Shown here one piece after another: positions 1 through 7,331 of a stretch of DNA of 19,251 bases. Made by a program: the position numbers and the translations under genes. This DNA is from a virus. Its lineage: Duplodnaviria; Heunggongvirae; Uroviricota; Caudoviricetes. The stretch covers positions 2,827 to 22,077 of IMG/VR virus record IMGVR_UViG_3300037067_008629. One strand, 5' to 3'. The notes below the pieces were generated by a model. That model saw only the letters and a program-made list of their open reading frames with translations. It did no database searches and had not been told where the DNA came from. Position 1 is the first letter of the stretch, and each line of letters opens with the position of its first letter.

Positions 1-10
1 GACGGGTACG

Positions 11-175
11 TTACTTAACTCGATATTCACAACCATCCCAGTTCCATTGTGGGTCAGTTGTCTCAAGCCATACCTTAGAATAATTCATTCTATACTCTAT
101 TTTTGCTCCATTTAAATAAGCTTCCATCACTTCGATAGCTTGTCTAAATAAAGTAATTCTTTCAGTAGTGTTCAT
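11..175 (-). CDS. small hypothetical phage protein
   Basis: ORF track 11..193. Start moved to ATG 175 (MNTTER), which forms an ATGA overlap with the upstream stop. The EAYLNGAKIEYR...WNW...YRVK pattern resembles common small phage proteins. Confidence 0.7.
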   Translation of the reverse strand: MNTTERITLFRQAIEVMEAYLNGAKIEYRMNYSKVWLETTDPQWNWDGCEYRVK

Positions 176-507
176 ACTAATTCTCGAAGCCATTGGTCAT
201 TTTGCCAAGCAGTAAATTCCCGCGTTGTACCCGGATACTGTATTATTTCGGTAATACGACGGTATGGACTCTTCGTTGCAATATCATAAGCAGCGGTTCG
301 AGCTTGTCGTAAAGTTTCGAGTCGATCCTGAACCCATTGAGAAGAAGATAGCACAAAAAAGATACGGGCAAAAAATGTTCCATATTCTCTTTTGTCAATC
401 TTAAAGTTTACTGGAATCTCTGCAATCAGTTTCCACTCTCCAGTTGATCGTATATAGCGTTCAACATTATACTGTATCGGATAGGGATAGGTCAGTTTTT
501 CAAGCAT
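172..507 (-). CDS. hypothetical protein
   Basis: 111-aa ORF overlapping both neighbours in the same orientation; no recognisable motif. Confidence 0.7.
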   Translation of the reverse strand: MLEKLTYPYPIQYNVERYIRSTGEWKLIAEIPVNFKIDKREYGTFFARIFFVLSSSQWVQDRLETLRQARTAAYDIATKSPYRRITEIIQYPGTTREFTAWQNDQWLRELV

Positions 508-739
508 ACGGGTCTCTATTCTTAGCTGTATCTTCTTCAGTTGCTAGTAAATACACATCAGTTGGACCAATCTTATGCATCCACGACACCAAATTATCTA
601 ATGGCTGACCAATAAAACACTTGATTACAGGTGCTGCATCTTTAATCTTGCCATTACGCACTGTCACCTTGACAGTCAGCTTCTCGTTACTGAGTTGATA
701 GTGACAAATTATTGATGGAAATTTTAGTGATTCAATCAT
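500..739 (-). CDS. hypothetical protein
   Basis: ORF track 500..787. ATG 739 (MIESLKF) reduces the overlap with the upstream gene to 8 nt. Confidence 0.6.
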   Translation of the reverse strand: MIESLKFPSIICHYQLSNEKLTVKVTVRNGKIKDAAPVIKCFIGQPLDNLVSWMHKIGPTDVYLLATEEDTAKNRDPYA

Positions 740-1025
740 TTCTGTCACCAATATTAAGCCTAGGTGCAGGCATTGTTGCAACCTCATTAATTAAATTAGA
801 ATCACTTTTTAAAATTGGGCAACAGGTTCTACTGCTAGAGCACCAAACCCATTTTGTCTTCGCTGATCGTCTACGGAGTCTCCAGTATAAAATAACTGGC
901 CACTTCCAAAGATACTCTCGAATATATGGTTGTTCACATGGAGCACAGAGACACATTCCACAAATCGCTCCACATGCACCCCAAATTCCAAACGCTAAAC
1001 CAATACTACATATCAAGATAAACAT
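732..1025 (-). CDS. hypothetical protein with N-terminal hydrophobic, Cys-rich segment
   Basis: MFILICSIGLAFGIWGACGAICGMCLC is a likely transmembrane segment. SD-like GAGGGA lies upstream. Confidence 0.6.
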   Translation of the reverse strand: MFILICSIGLAFGIWGACGAICGMCLCAPCEQPYIREYLWKWPVILYWRLRRRSAKTKWVWCSSSRTCCPILKSDSNLINEVATMPAPRLNIGDRND

Positions 1026-1354
1026 AGATATCCCTCTAAAACACTCATCGTTCTCTTTGTTAAAATTGGCAACTCTTCAAACCAGCCAATTGCTATTTGT
1101 TTATCGGGCTCACAAACACTCGGGTTGCCGACCCAATTAGTACACTCAAACGCATAAATCTCATTCTCAACGCCGAGAATTCTTCCACCTATCCATTCCA
1201 GTCCTGTCTCTTCCTTTAACTCTCGCTTGGCGCAAGTAATCGCAGTATCATAGGATTTAAACTTACCACCTGGAAGTTCCCATTTACCATCAGTACGAAG
1301 CTGGAGTAGAATGGCATTATTGCGTCGAACTACGATAATTGAACGGTTGGCCAT
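1013..1354 (-). CDS. NUDIX hydrolase
   Basis: Nudix box GGKFKSYDTAITCAKRELKEETGL (GX5[E/D]X7REUXEEXGU), preceded by WELP. SD GAGG upstream. Confidence 0.9.
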   Translation of the reverse strand: MANRSIIVVRRNNAILLQLRTDGKWELPGGKFKSYDTAITCAKRELKEETGLEWIGGRILGVENEIYAFECTNWVGNPSVCEPDKQIAIGWFEELPILTKRTMSVLEGYLCLS

Positions 1355-1908
1355 ACATACCTCTTAGTTGGAGTTTCAGACCAGCGATAACCTACATAAG
1401 GATTGTGCTGCTTAGGTTTACGCCACCATAAATCATCAGCGTTGTGATTTGCAATTCTTAAGTCTGACATTTCACAGTCTCGTAAAATAGGCAAATCCCA
1501 AGTCTGAAGAATATCATTTAAATCTTTTCGACAATATGGACAGCGACTTGCAAATTCAGCTTGGAAACCCTTGAGGAGCAATGCTGCACGGTGAGAACTA
1601 TGAAATGCATCGTCGCCGAGCCGTGGTGGTATCGGTGAATTCTTATCGGCATACATATCAAAATACTGCATTAGATTGTCATTATATCCTCTTTGTACCC
1701 ACTCAAAACTCATTGTATGCCCATAAAGAGCGAGTTGCCCCGCATATCCCACCCACATCTTAACGGCTGGATGATGTTGCCAAGCTGTTGATTGACCAAG
1801 TAATACTTGAAGAATCTGCTTGGCTTCAACTCGCTGTTTTCCAAGACGTTGACGATCAAGGATTTTGGCAGATTTAAGATAACCGGGATAAGGTAAAAAG
1901 GTTTGCAT
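1330..1908 (-). CDS. pyrimidine dimer DNA glycosylase / MSMEG_6728-like protein
   Basis: MQTFLPYP...LDRQRLGKQRVEAKQIL...W.HHPAVKMWVGY...EWVQRGY...SHRAALL...YVWP is the pattern of this family. Start set at ATG 1908 (MQTF), not TTG 1926. Confidence 0.85.
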   Translation of the reverse strand: MQTFLPYPGYLKSAKILDRQRLGKQRVEAKQILQVLLGQSTAWQHHPAVKMWVGYAGQLALYGHTMSFEWVQRGYNDNLMQYFDMYADKNSPIPPRLGDDAFHSSHRAALLLKGFQAEFASRCPYCRKDLNDILQTWDLPILRDCEMSDLRIANHNADDLWWRKPKQHNPYVGYRWSETPTKRYVWPTVQLS

Positions 1909-1942
1909 ATTAATACTATACCACAAATTTAGCGGTTGTCAA
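1909..1942 (-). promoter_or_regulatory. sigma70-type promoter, family copy A; predicted leaderless start
   Basis: TTGACA (1942-1937), 16-nt spacer ending TGTGG, TATAGT (1920-1915), 6 nt, then ATG 1908. The -35 overlaps the TGA stop of the upstream gene. Confidence 0.8.
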
Positions 1943-2328
1943 ATAAATAAATCCATAAATTTTTGAAGTCGCTTCTTACGGTGAATAAGTTCATCATCTG
2001 CTACTTTAGCCCGTAACTCATATTTTTCTCGCTTCTTTCGATCATTCGCGGCCTGTATATAAGCTATACAATGCTCTACCATTTCATCCCATGGGCCAAA
2101 ATCCCAATGTTCGCGTGGATCAAATATAAATTTGTTATGATACTGAAAAATAATCTCTAATTCATCGGTATCAGGATGAACAATCTTTACCTTAAATTCT
2201 TCAACCTCGTTGATTCGATGATAAAAGAACTTGAGACACCTTACTTTAAAACAGCCTTCTTCAATTAAAGGCAACGAGCCTAATTCAAAGCATTCTCGGA
2301 CAATATTGAATAATTCTTTTCGATTCAT
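1939..2328 (-). CDS. hypothetical protein
   Basis: ORF track 1939..2352. ATG 2328 (MNRKELF) forms an ATGA overlap with the upstream stop. Confidence 0.7.
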   Translation of the reverse strand: MNRKELFNIVRECFELGSLPLIEEGCFKVRCLKFFYHRINEVEEFKVKIVHPDTDELEIIFQYHNKFIFDPREHWDFGPWDEMVEHCIAYIQAANDRKKREKYELRAKVADDELIHRKKRLQKFMDLFI

Positions 2329-2600
2329 TGTTCTACCCCAATAATCGCCCACGGATAATCATCAATCCAAATATCAGGTATCCAGCCAATCTTTTTACAC
2401 GTTTCGTATTTTGAATTATGCCTACAGAAAATAACTTGTAAGCCTGTTTCTTTTTTAATTTCTCGCTCACTTTCAAACAAATAAAAACGTGACGTAACAA
2501 TCCTCACATCATATTGGTATTCTAAAAGAATAGCAATAATCTTACGCCACATTTCTGGACTAACTGTAAAAGTATCGTCGTAATCAAGTGCAATTTTCAT
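2325..2600 (-). CDS. HAD-superfamily hydrolase-like protein (minimal, phage type)
   Basis: MKIALDYDDT (motif I DxD), IVTSR (motif II), K, and WIDD (motif IV). Confidence 0.7.
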   Translation of the reverse strand: MKIALDYDDTFTVSPEMWRKIIAILLEYQYDVRIVTSRFYLFESEREIKKETGLQVIFCRHNSKYETCKKIGWIPDIWIDDYPWAIIGVEQ

Positions 2601-2851
2601 AGTATATCCAGTCCAAATTGTAACTGTTCACGTAACCATTCTTTAACCTTTGAGAGTATTATTCTCGGCTCTGTACCATGGGTAAATTGCATTAGATGAT
2701 GAGTATTGGGGTAGTCATGCCAACTAATATCAACAATAATTGGGTCATTTTCATCCCACCAGCCATCCGTCCAAATATAAAAAGGCCCAAAATGAAAACC
2801 ATCCATTAACTCTTTAGTAGTTATTGTTCGTGGCGTATCAGCGTATAACAT
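2597..2851 (-). CDS. hypothetical protein
   Basis: 84-aa ORF whose stop forms an ATGA overlap with the downstream gene. Confidence 0.65.
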   Translation of the reverse strand: MLYADTPRTITTKELMDGFHFGPFYIWTDGWWDENDPIIVDISWHDYPNTHHLMQFTHGTEPRIILSKVKEWLREQLQFGLDIL

Positions 2852-2853
2852 GA

Positions 2854-3066
2854 CTAATCTTCAAATATCAGTTGTTCAGTAAATAGATCAAATCGAACAC
2901 TTTGGTAAGCTTCGGCTTTAATCTCTTCAAATGACGGTAGGCCTGGTAACAATGCCGCTACAATTTTTGCCTTTGACTCTGACACTTCCTGCCAGAATTG
3001 TGTATAATTATCCCAAAGCCAGTAATTATCTCCAACGCATCTAATTATGTGATTATATTTTCGCAT
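2854..3066 (-). CDS. hypothetical protein
   Basis: ORF track 2854..3081. ATG 3066 (MRKYNH) matches the promoter-family geometry. Confidence 0.65.
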   Translation of the reverse strand: MRKYNHIIRCVGDNYWLWDNYTQFWQEVSESKAKIVAALLPGLPSFEEIKAEAYQSVRFDLFTEQLIFED

Positions 3067-3100
3067 ATTTAACTCTACCATATATTATACGTGTTGTCAA
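3067..3100 (-). promoter_or_regulatory. sigma70-type promoter, family copy B; predicted leaderless start
   Basis: TTGACA (3100-3095), 17-nt spacer ending TATGG, TAGAGT (3077-3072), 5 nt, then ATG 3066. Encoded in the last codons of the protease gene (LDNTYNIW*). Confidence 0.7.
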
Positions 3101-3689
3101 GTGCCTTTAATAGATTATCATGTCCTTTGATAGTTTTTAAAAATTCTCGCACCCGCAAGCAATGAGTACCATGGGCTCCAGTTTTATCTGATCCAAATAA
3201 AATAGCCGCTACTGTACCATCTTCATAGAATAGTGGACCACCAGAATCTCCACTTCTCGTGGAGACATCAATAGCCACCCAATCAGGTGTTGATGGTGCA
3301 AAAAAGCTCACAACCTTCCCAGTTGCTTCAGCATATTTATTGTAACCATAACCACAGACAGTAAGTTTATCGCCTATTTGTGGTTCTTTGTTGCTCAGTT
3401 GGGAAACCGGCAGTGTCTCATTTACTACCAATGCTGCTAGGTCCCAAGTCTGATCTTTAGCAATTACGGTAGCTGGTAAACCAGCTACCGTATAGGGGCC
3501 ACCATCCTTAATGACATGGTTAGCAGTTAGTATTAATGTCTGACCACTAGTTGTTGCCACCGATACTCCAGAGCCAAGAAAATTACCAGCTTGAATACGG
3601 TGGACTGTTGGGCGAGGATCACTAATCATTAAGTAAGCTAATACACCAATGATTAGTAGTGTCATTCCGGTATCAGTAACTTTTTTCAT
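3075..3689 (-). CDS. trypsin-like (S1) serine protease with N-terminal membrane anchor or signal
   Basis: Complete triad: LTANHV (His), DLAAL (Asp), GDSGGPL (Ser). Hydrophobic LLIIGVLAYLMI near the N-terminus. ATG 3689 preferred over GTG 3701. Confidence 0.9.
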   Translation of the reverse strand: MKKVTDTGMTLLIIGVLAYLMISDPRPTVHRIQAGNFLGSGVSVATTSGQTLILTANHVIKDGGPYTVAGLPATVIAKDQTWDLAALVVNETLPVSQLSNKEPQIGDKLTVCGYGYNKYAEATGKVVSFFAPSTPDWVAIDVSTRSGDSGGPLFYEDGTVAAILFGSDKTGAHGTHCLRVREFLKTIKGHDNLLKALDNTYNIW

Positions 3690-3691
3690 CT

Positions 3692-4227
3692 TTAGGTCCA
3701 CATATACGACTTAATAACTATTAAACGATGCAGATTCCTTTCTAACTCTTTTTCAACATCAGCATCAAGCTTCTGTAACTTCTTAAATCCATCAGATATG
3801 CTTGCTTGTCATCTTCTGTTGCCCATTGAGGGCACCATTCATCATACTCATCATTCATGGGCACCCAATCCACAACAGGATTGTGCTTTTCGATTTCTTT
3901 CCAAATCGCCTCACTATCAACTTCATATTGTTTGTTATAATAGTTATTCCACCAATCATATAACTCCTGCATTTCTTTACGAGCGGCCTTGTGATGCTCG
4001 GTTGCATCCCAATCAACGTTACCGGGTGAACATTCCTTCTCAATAAATTGAGATAGAATCTCAAACATCATATGTGGTAGCAATGAGCAACGGTCACACC
4101 AAGTATGTGGAAGATAACGTGGTTTGATCGTTGTATGCCGATGCCAGCAAAAACATTTGATACGATACCATATTTCGCCTAAACGCCAGTTGTAAGGAAT
4201 CTTACAATATAATTCTTTAAGTTTCAT
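3692..4227 (-). CDS. hypothetical phage protein with a -1 frame discontinuity near 3750-3790 (frameshift, indel or pseudogene)
   Basis: The 0 frame stops at TAG 3742. The -1 frame reads FKKLQKLDADVEKELERNLHRLIVIKSYMWT* to TAA 3692-3694, 2 nt before the protease ATG. Confidence 0.6.
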
Positions 4228-4411
4228 TTTTATCAGCCATCCAATTGTTGTGTTTTAAGTATAGCATCATTCTACGCTGTTTGTCCCAAATAAACACTTT
4301 GTATATACCCTGATTTTTTCTTAATACAATAAGAAAATCTTTGGCAGCTTGTTTATCATTAGTTGTCCAAGTATGCGTGACACCACCGACAAACCAAATT
4401 ACTACATACAC
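4217..4411 (-). CDS. hypothetical protein
   Basis: 64-aa ORF with a GTG start; overlaps both neighbours. Confidence 0.55.
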   Translation of the reverse strand: MYVVIWFVGGVTHTWTTNDKQAAKDFLIVLRKNQGIYKVFIWDKQRRMMLYLKHNNWMADKNET

Positions 4412-4599
4412 TTTGCTACCTCACAGTAAAAATTAGGGAACGCTTCGTTGCCAACAAGCGTCACTTCAGTTACTTGGCATGGCCACTGTATTTTATGCTC
4501 AAAAAGTTTTTGATAAAAAGAAATTTTCAACACATCCCCAACTTCTAAATGCGGAAGAGATGTCCAACTTGTAAATAGTGGGTATGTCTTAGTCGTCAT
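4402..4599 (-). CDS. hypothetical protein
   Basis: ORF track 4402..4653. Start moved to ATG 4599 (MTTKTYP), which has SD GGAG 7 nt upstream and avoids a long overlap with the 4589..4729 gene. Confidence 0.6.
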   Translation of the reverse strand: MTTKTYPLFTSWTSLPHLEVGDVLKISFYQKLFEHKIQWPCQVTEVTLVGNEAFPNFYCEVAKCM

Positions 4600-4729
4600 G
4601 ATATAGCTCCAACGCATAGCTATACCCGTCCCAATTATCCACTCCAGCGGCAATTAATGCGTCTAATAAACGCTCAGAGTCCATTAGGCGGTCATATTCG
4701 TCTTTTGAAATAGTTACTTCATCACTCAT
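4589..4729 (-). CDS. small phage protein with GVDNW motif (46 aa, absent from ORF track)
   Basis: MSDEVTISKDEYDRLMDSERLLDALIAAGVDNWDGYSYALELYHDD*. Strong SD AAGGAG. L.AL..AGVDNW.GY is a motif I recognise from small phage proteins. Confidence 0.85.
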   Translation of the reverse strand: MSDEVTISKDEYDRLMDSERLLDALIAAGVDNWDGYSYALELYHDD

Positions 4730-4881
4730 TTTATATACTCCTTGTACCAGCCACCCAGCATCAATGGCAATAGTTGTAAATACGCAAAACCATATAAACC
4801 ACAGTTAAAGAAATCATGTACTTCAACTATACTAGTTTTCCCCGCTTGAATACCAACGTCGAGTGTATAAGCCCAGGATAA
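4726..4881 (-). pseudogene. C-terminal fragment of an ATP-grasp (R2K/DUF4343-like) gene, no start codon of its own
   Basis: The open frame reads LSWAYTLDVGIQAGKTSIVEVHDFFNCGLYGFAYLQLLPLMLGGWYKEYIK*. AYTLDVG...EVHDFF.CGLYG resembles that family's C-terminus. Its TGA forms an ATGA overlap with the next gene. Confidence 0.55.
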
Positions 4882-5009
4882 TCATGTTCAATCCCAATAA
4901 ATGAATCATAGGTATCCCCGATACTAAAACCACCGTTTTTTGCAACAATAACATATCTGCCAATAATGTCTTCGATAGTATATTGATTAAATTTAGCTTG
5001 TTCCATCAT
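4827..5009 (-). CDS. hypothetical protein (60 aa); overlaps the ATP-grasp fragment
   Basis: SD GGAG and an ATGA overlap with the upstream gene. Confidence 0.6.
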   Translation of the reverse strand: MMEQAKFNQYTIEDIIGRYVIVAKNGGFSIGDTYDSFIGIEHDYPGLIHSTLVFKRGKLV

Positions 5010-5158
5010 TCTCTCCCGTCAAGTGCATTATGAACAACTAGTGGACCATCGGCATACGGTAGTCCATTTTCATCTAGCCATTCAACTCGTGGATCACACC
5101 AACAATCAGAGTTTTCTTGGTGTTCTCGTAAATCGTCAATTGGTAGCACATTTATCAT
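5006..5158 (-). CDS. small phage protein with H/C motif (50 aa, absent from ORF track)
   Basis: MINVLPIDDLREHQENSDCWCDPRVEWLDENGLPYADGPLVVHNALDGRE*. ATGA overlaps at both ends; the H...CWC...H residues suggest metal binding. Confidence 0.8.
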   Translation of the reverse strand: MINVLPIDDLREHQENSDCWCDPRVEWLDENGLPYADGPLVVHNALDGRE

Positions 5159-5988
5159 CGTGGCATCCTTACTACAGGGAGTCCGTCAAGAATCAGGTAA
5201 TTGGGTACATCATATTTATCGACAACAAGAACCACTTCTAATGCATACTTACAGATTTCAGCCATACCTTCATAATTGAGTTTGTCGGCCGTATCTGAAG
5301 CTTTATGATAATTTCGATGCAGCCCAGTATGCAAAAAGATTGCTGGAATCTTCTTTTCAAGAAACGATGCATTATCGCTACCTGGATCATTACGCAATGT
5401 CACTTGATTAGCAAATGGATACTTTTGAAACAATGGTTTCAGAAGACTCTCAATTTGTACCGGAGCCGTGAGTCCTGCCTTTAAATAGCCAATCATATCA
5501 ATATTGAGCATAAATAAATGCTTATCAATTGGCCACTTTGGGTTATCACAATAAAATTTAGACCCAATCAATTGCTGTTCTTCACCAGCATACAATTGAA
5601 AAGAAATAGTATGGCGTGTTGGGATATCCTTTAGCATTTTTGCTAACAACAGAACGCTCGCAGTACCGGAAGCATTATCATCAGCGCCTGGTGTGCCACG
5701 TACTGCGTCATAATGTGCCCCAATAACTATCACAGTATCTAATGCAGCAGTTTTAGTGGCAAGAATATTGCTTGCAGTCCAACGACCGTAAGTAAACTCT
5801 TGTGCTTCAACTGGGTATCCCAATCCGCTTAAGCGGGTTGTGAGATAATCAGCCGCTTCATTACAGCCTTTAGTGCCAGAAACACGCGACAAACTGGAAA
5901 GTTTAGTAACAGTTTCTCGAAGTTCTGGTGCTTGGCCGAAAACTGAGGTTGCGAATAAACATACAATAATAAATAGTAACTTTTTCAT
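5155..5988 (-). CDS. M28-family zinc peptidase with signal peptide
   Basis: GAHYD, GADDNASG, GEEQQLIGS, NIDMIG, SDNASF and YH motifs. N-terminal MKKLLFIIVCLFATSVFG is signal-like. Confidence 0.92.
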   Translation of the reverse strand: MKKLLFIIVCLFATSVFGQAPELRETVTKLSSLSRVSGTKGCNEAADYLTTRLSGLGYPVEAQEFTYGRWTASNILATKTAALDTVIVIGAHYDAVRGTPGADDNASGTASVLLLAKMLKDIPTRHTISFQLYAGEEQQLIGSKFYCDNPKWPIDKHLFMLNIDMIGYLKAGLTAPVQIESLLKPLFQKYPFANQVTLRNDPGSDNASFLEKKIPAIFLHTGLHRNYHKASDTADKLNYEGMAEICKYALEVVLVVDKYDVPNYLILDGLPVVRMPR

Positions 5989-6227
5989 TTCCCTTTCCTC
6001 ATTTTGATTTCATTACGATAAACGGCTTGTTTTGCGTCTGCGATAGCTTGGTCAGTGAGTAGACGCTTTATTCTAAGATCATTTATATCTAGGCCATACA
6101 TATCGGCAAAATTTGGCAACTCTTTAAGGCAGGCTCGTACATTTTTATACTCGCAAAAAATCTGACTAGCTTCCCAAGTATCCCTCTTAATCTCTAACAA
6201 TAATCGTGGCGTCCTAAATTCATTCAC
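5985..6227 (-). CDS. hypothetical protein
   Basis: 80-aa ORF tightly overlapping both neighbours. Confidence 0.65.
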   Translation of the reverse strand: MNEFRTPRLLLEIKRDTWEASQIFCEYKNVRACLKELPNFADMYGLDINDLRIKRLLTDQAIADAKQAVYRNEIKMRKGK

Positions 6228-6423
6228 CGTAACTCTCCATTTTTGTGAGTATTTTAAAACCGTTCTTTAATAGTATCATAGCTTCTCTAGGTGTTATTCG
6301 CTTAGCACGAAAATCTAAACCTAAGTCTTGTAGTAATTGAAGGTGTGATTGGAAAGGGCCATGTAATAAATACCCAGCCGATAACCAATGGCAATTTACA
6401 TTTCTTTCTAAGTGGTAGTACAT
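6220..6423 (-). CDS. hypothetical protein
   Basis: ORF track 6220..6477. ATG 6423 (MYYHLE) sits 1 nt after the endonuclease stop. Confidence 0.55.
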   Translation of the reverse strand: MYYHLERNVNCHWLSAGYLLHGPFQSHLQLLQDLGLDFRAKRITPREAMILLKNGFKILTKMESYGE

Positions 6424-6424
6424 A

Positions 6425-6820
6425 TTAAGATATAAGGTACTCTTTCCATTTATGACCAACATCAATTGTTGCAGCATTATCTTTTAATTGTGATGTAGGT
6501 ATTAAATATTTCTCACCCGTATCTGTCAGAATAAATAAAAGTTCGCTAGTCGTTTTATCAAAATAATGAGAAATTCCAGACCAACTTTGATTTCCACCAT
6601 TTGTCTTTAAAATTACAGTAAAACTACCTGAAGCCCTTCTATTAGTCGAGGTTTTAACTTGCACTCGCTGTAAATTCTTATCTTTTTCCACTATTAAATC
6701 ATAGCGTTGACTTTCTGATATTGGTATACTAACAGAATAGTCATTATTCATAAACCAACTAATAGCAACACCTACGCCAATGTCGCCTTGTTTTCTAGGA
6801 TTTGATCGTTTAATAGTCAT
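6425..6820 (-). CDS. PD-(D/E)XK endonuclease, I-Ssp6803I / PDDEXK_5-like (putative free-standing homing endonuclease)
   Basis: KQGDIGV...VSIP...RYDLIVE...RVQVKT is the PD-(D/E)xK pattern typical of the group I intron-associated family. Confidence 0.8.
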   Translation of the reverse strand: MTIKRSNPRKQGDIGVGVAISWFMNNDYSVSIPISESQRYDLIVEKDKNLQRVQVKTSTNRRASGSFTVILKTNGGNQSWSGISHYFDKTTSELLFILTDTGEKYLIPTSQLKDNAATIDVGHKWKEYLIS

Positions 6821-6822
6821 AG

Positions 6823-6904
6823 TGGGTTAGGTAAGAATCGAACTTACTCTCCGCTATTGCGGGCTTGATTTACAGTCAAGTTCTCGGCCATCGAGAGCTA
6901 ACCC
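6823..6904 (-). tRNA. trnY: tRNA-Tyr(GUA), type II with long variable arm; CCA not encoded
   Basis: Acceptor stem GGGTTAG/CTAACCC plus A73; D stem CTCG/CGAG; anticodon arm CTTGA-CTGTAAA-TCAAG; variable hairpin CCGC-AATA-GCGG; T arm GTAAG-TTCGATT-CTTAC. Confidence 0.93.
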
Positions 6905-6952
6905 AGGGCTCATACGTTGTCATTCCGGCCGCTGACGCCCATCCGACCGTCA

Positions 6953-7330
6953 TCAATTGAACAGTTTGAGGTATGAAAGAACCAACCCGATGATAAATCC
7001 TACTGCCGAGCCAACTAGCACCCTAGCGACAAGGGCACGATCAGAATTATCAAAGTTGTCACAGATACTAAGCCTCTGTACAGGCACTTCATCCGCCTCT
7101 TGCATAAGCCCAAGTGCTTCCTTCCACTCGTCTGGTATCTCAGATTCAGTTACCTCTTGACCTAAATCTGAGACTTGAAAAACTTGGTCGGTAATCTTGC
7201 CAGTGGCATCGGGACCCAAGCCACAAACCAAGACGCTTGGTGATACTCGTGAGCCACGTACATAAATTGCCTTTGTAGGATAGACAACAGCGTATTCGCT
7301 ATTTGTAGTTTTATAATATTGTTTACGCAT
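6953..7330 (-). CDS. hypothetical protein with C-terminal transmembrane helix
   Basis: 125-aa ORF ending LVARVLVGSAVGFIIGLVLSYLKLFN. Confidence 0.7.
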   Translation of the reverse strand: MRKQYYKTTNSEYAVVYPTKAIYVRGSRVSPSVLVCGLGPDATGKITDQVFQVSDLGQEVTESEIPDEWKEALGLMQEADEVPVQRLSICDNFDNSDRALVARVLVGSAVGFIIGLVLSYLKLFN

Positions 7331-7331
7331 A

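Noticed and set aside
3742-4829. Stop-codon reassignment (TAG readthrough) as the explanation for the two premature-looking TAG stops
   Set aside because: Readthrough in the same frame gives only short, meaningless extensions. TAG, TGA and TAA all end tightly packed genes elsewhere, which fits the standard code.
6877-6954. 25-codon ORF MTVGWASAAGMTTYEPWVSSRWPRT starting in a TGATG overlap and running into the tRNA
   Set aside because: It overlaps the tRNA 5' half, has no motif, and is expected by chance in a GC-rich stretch.
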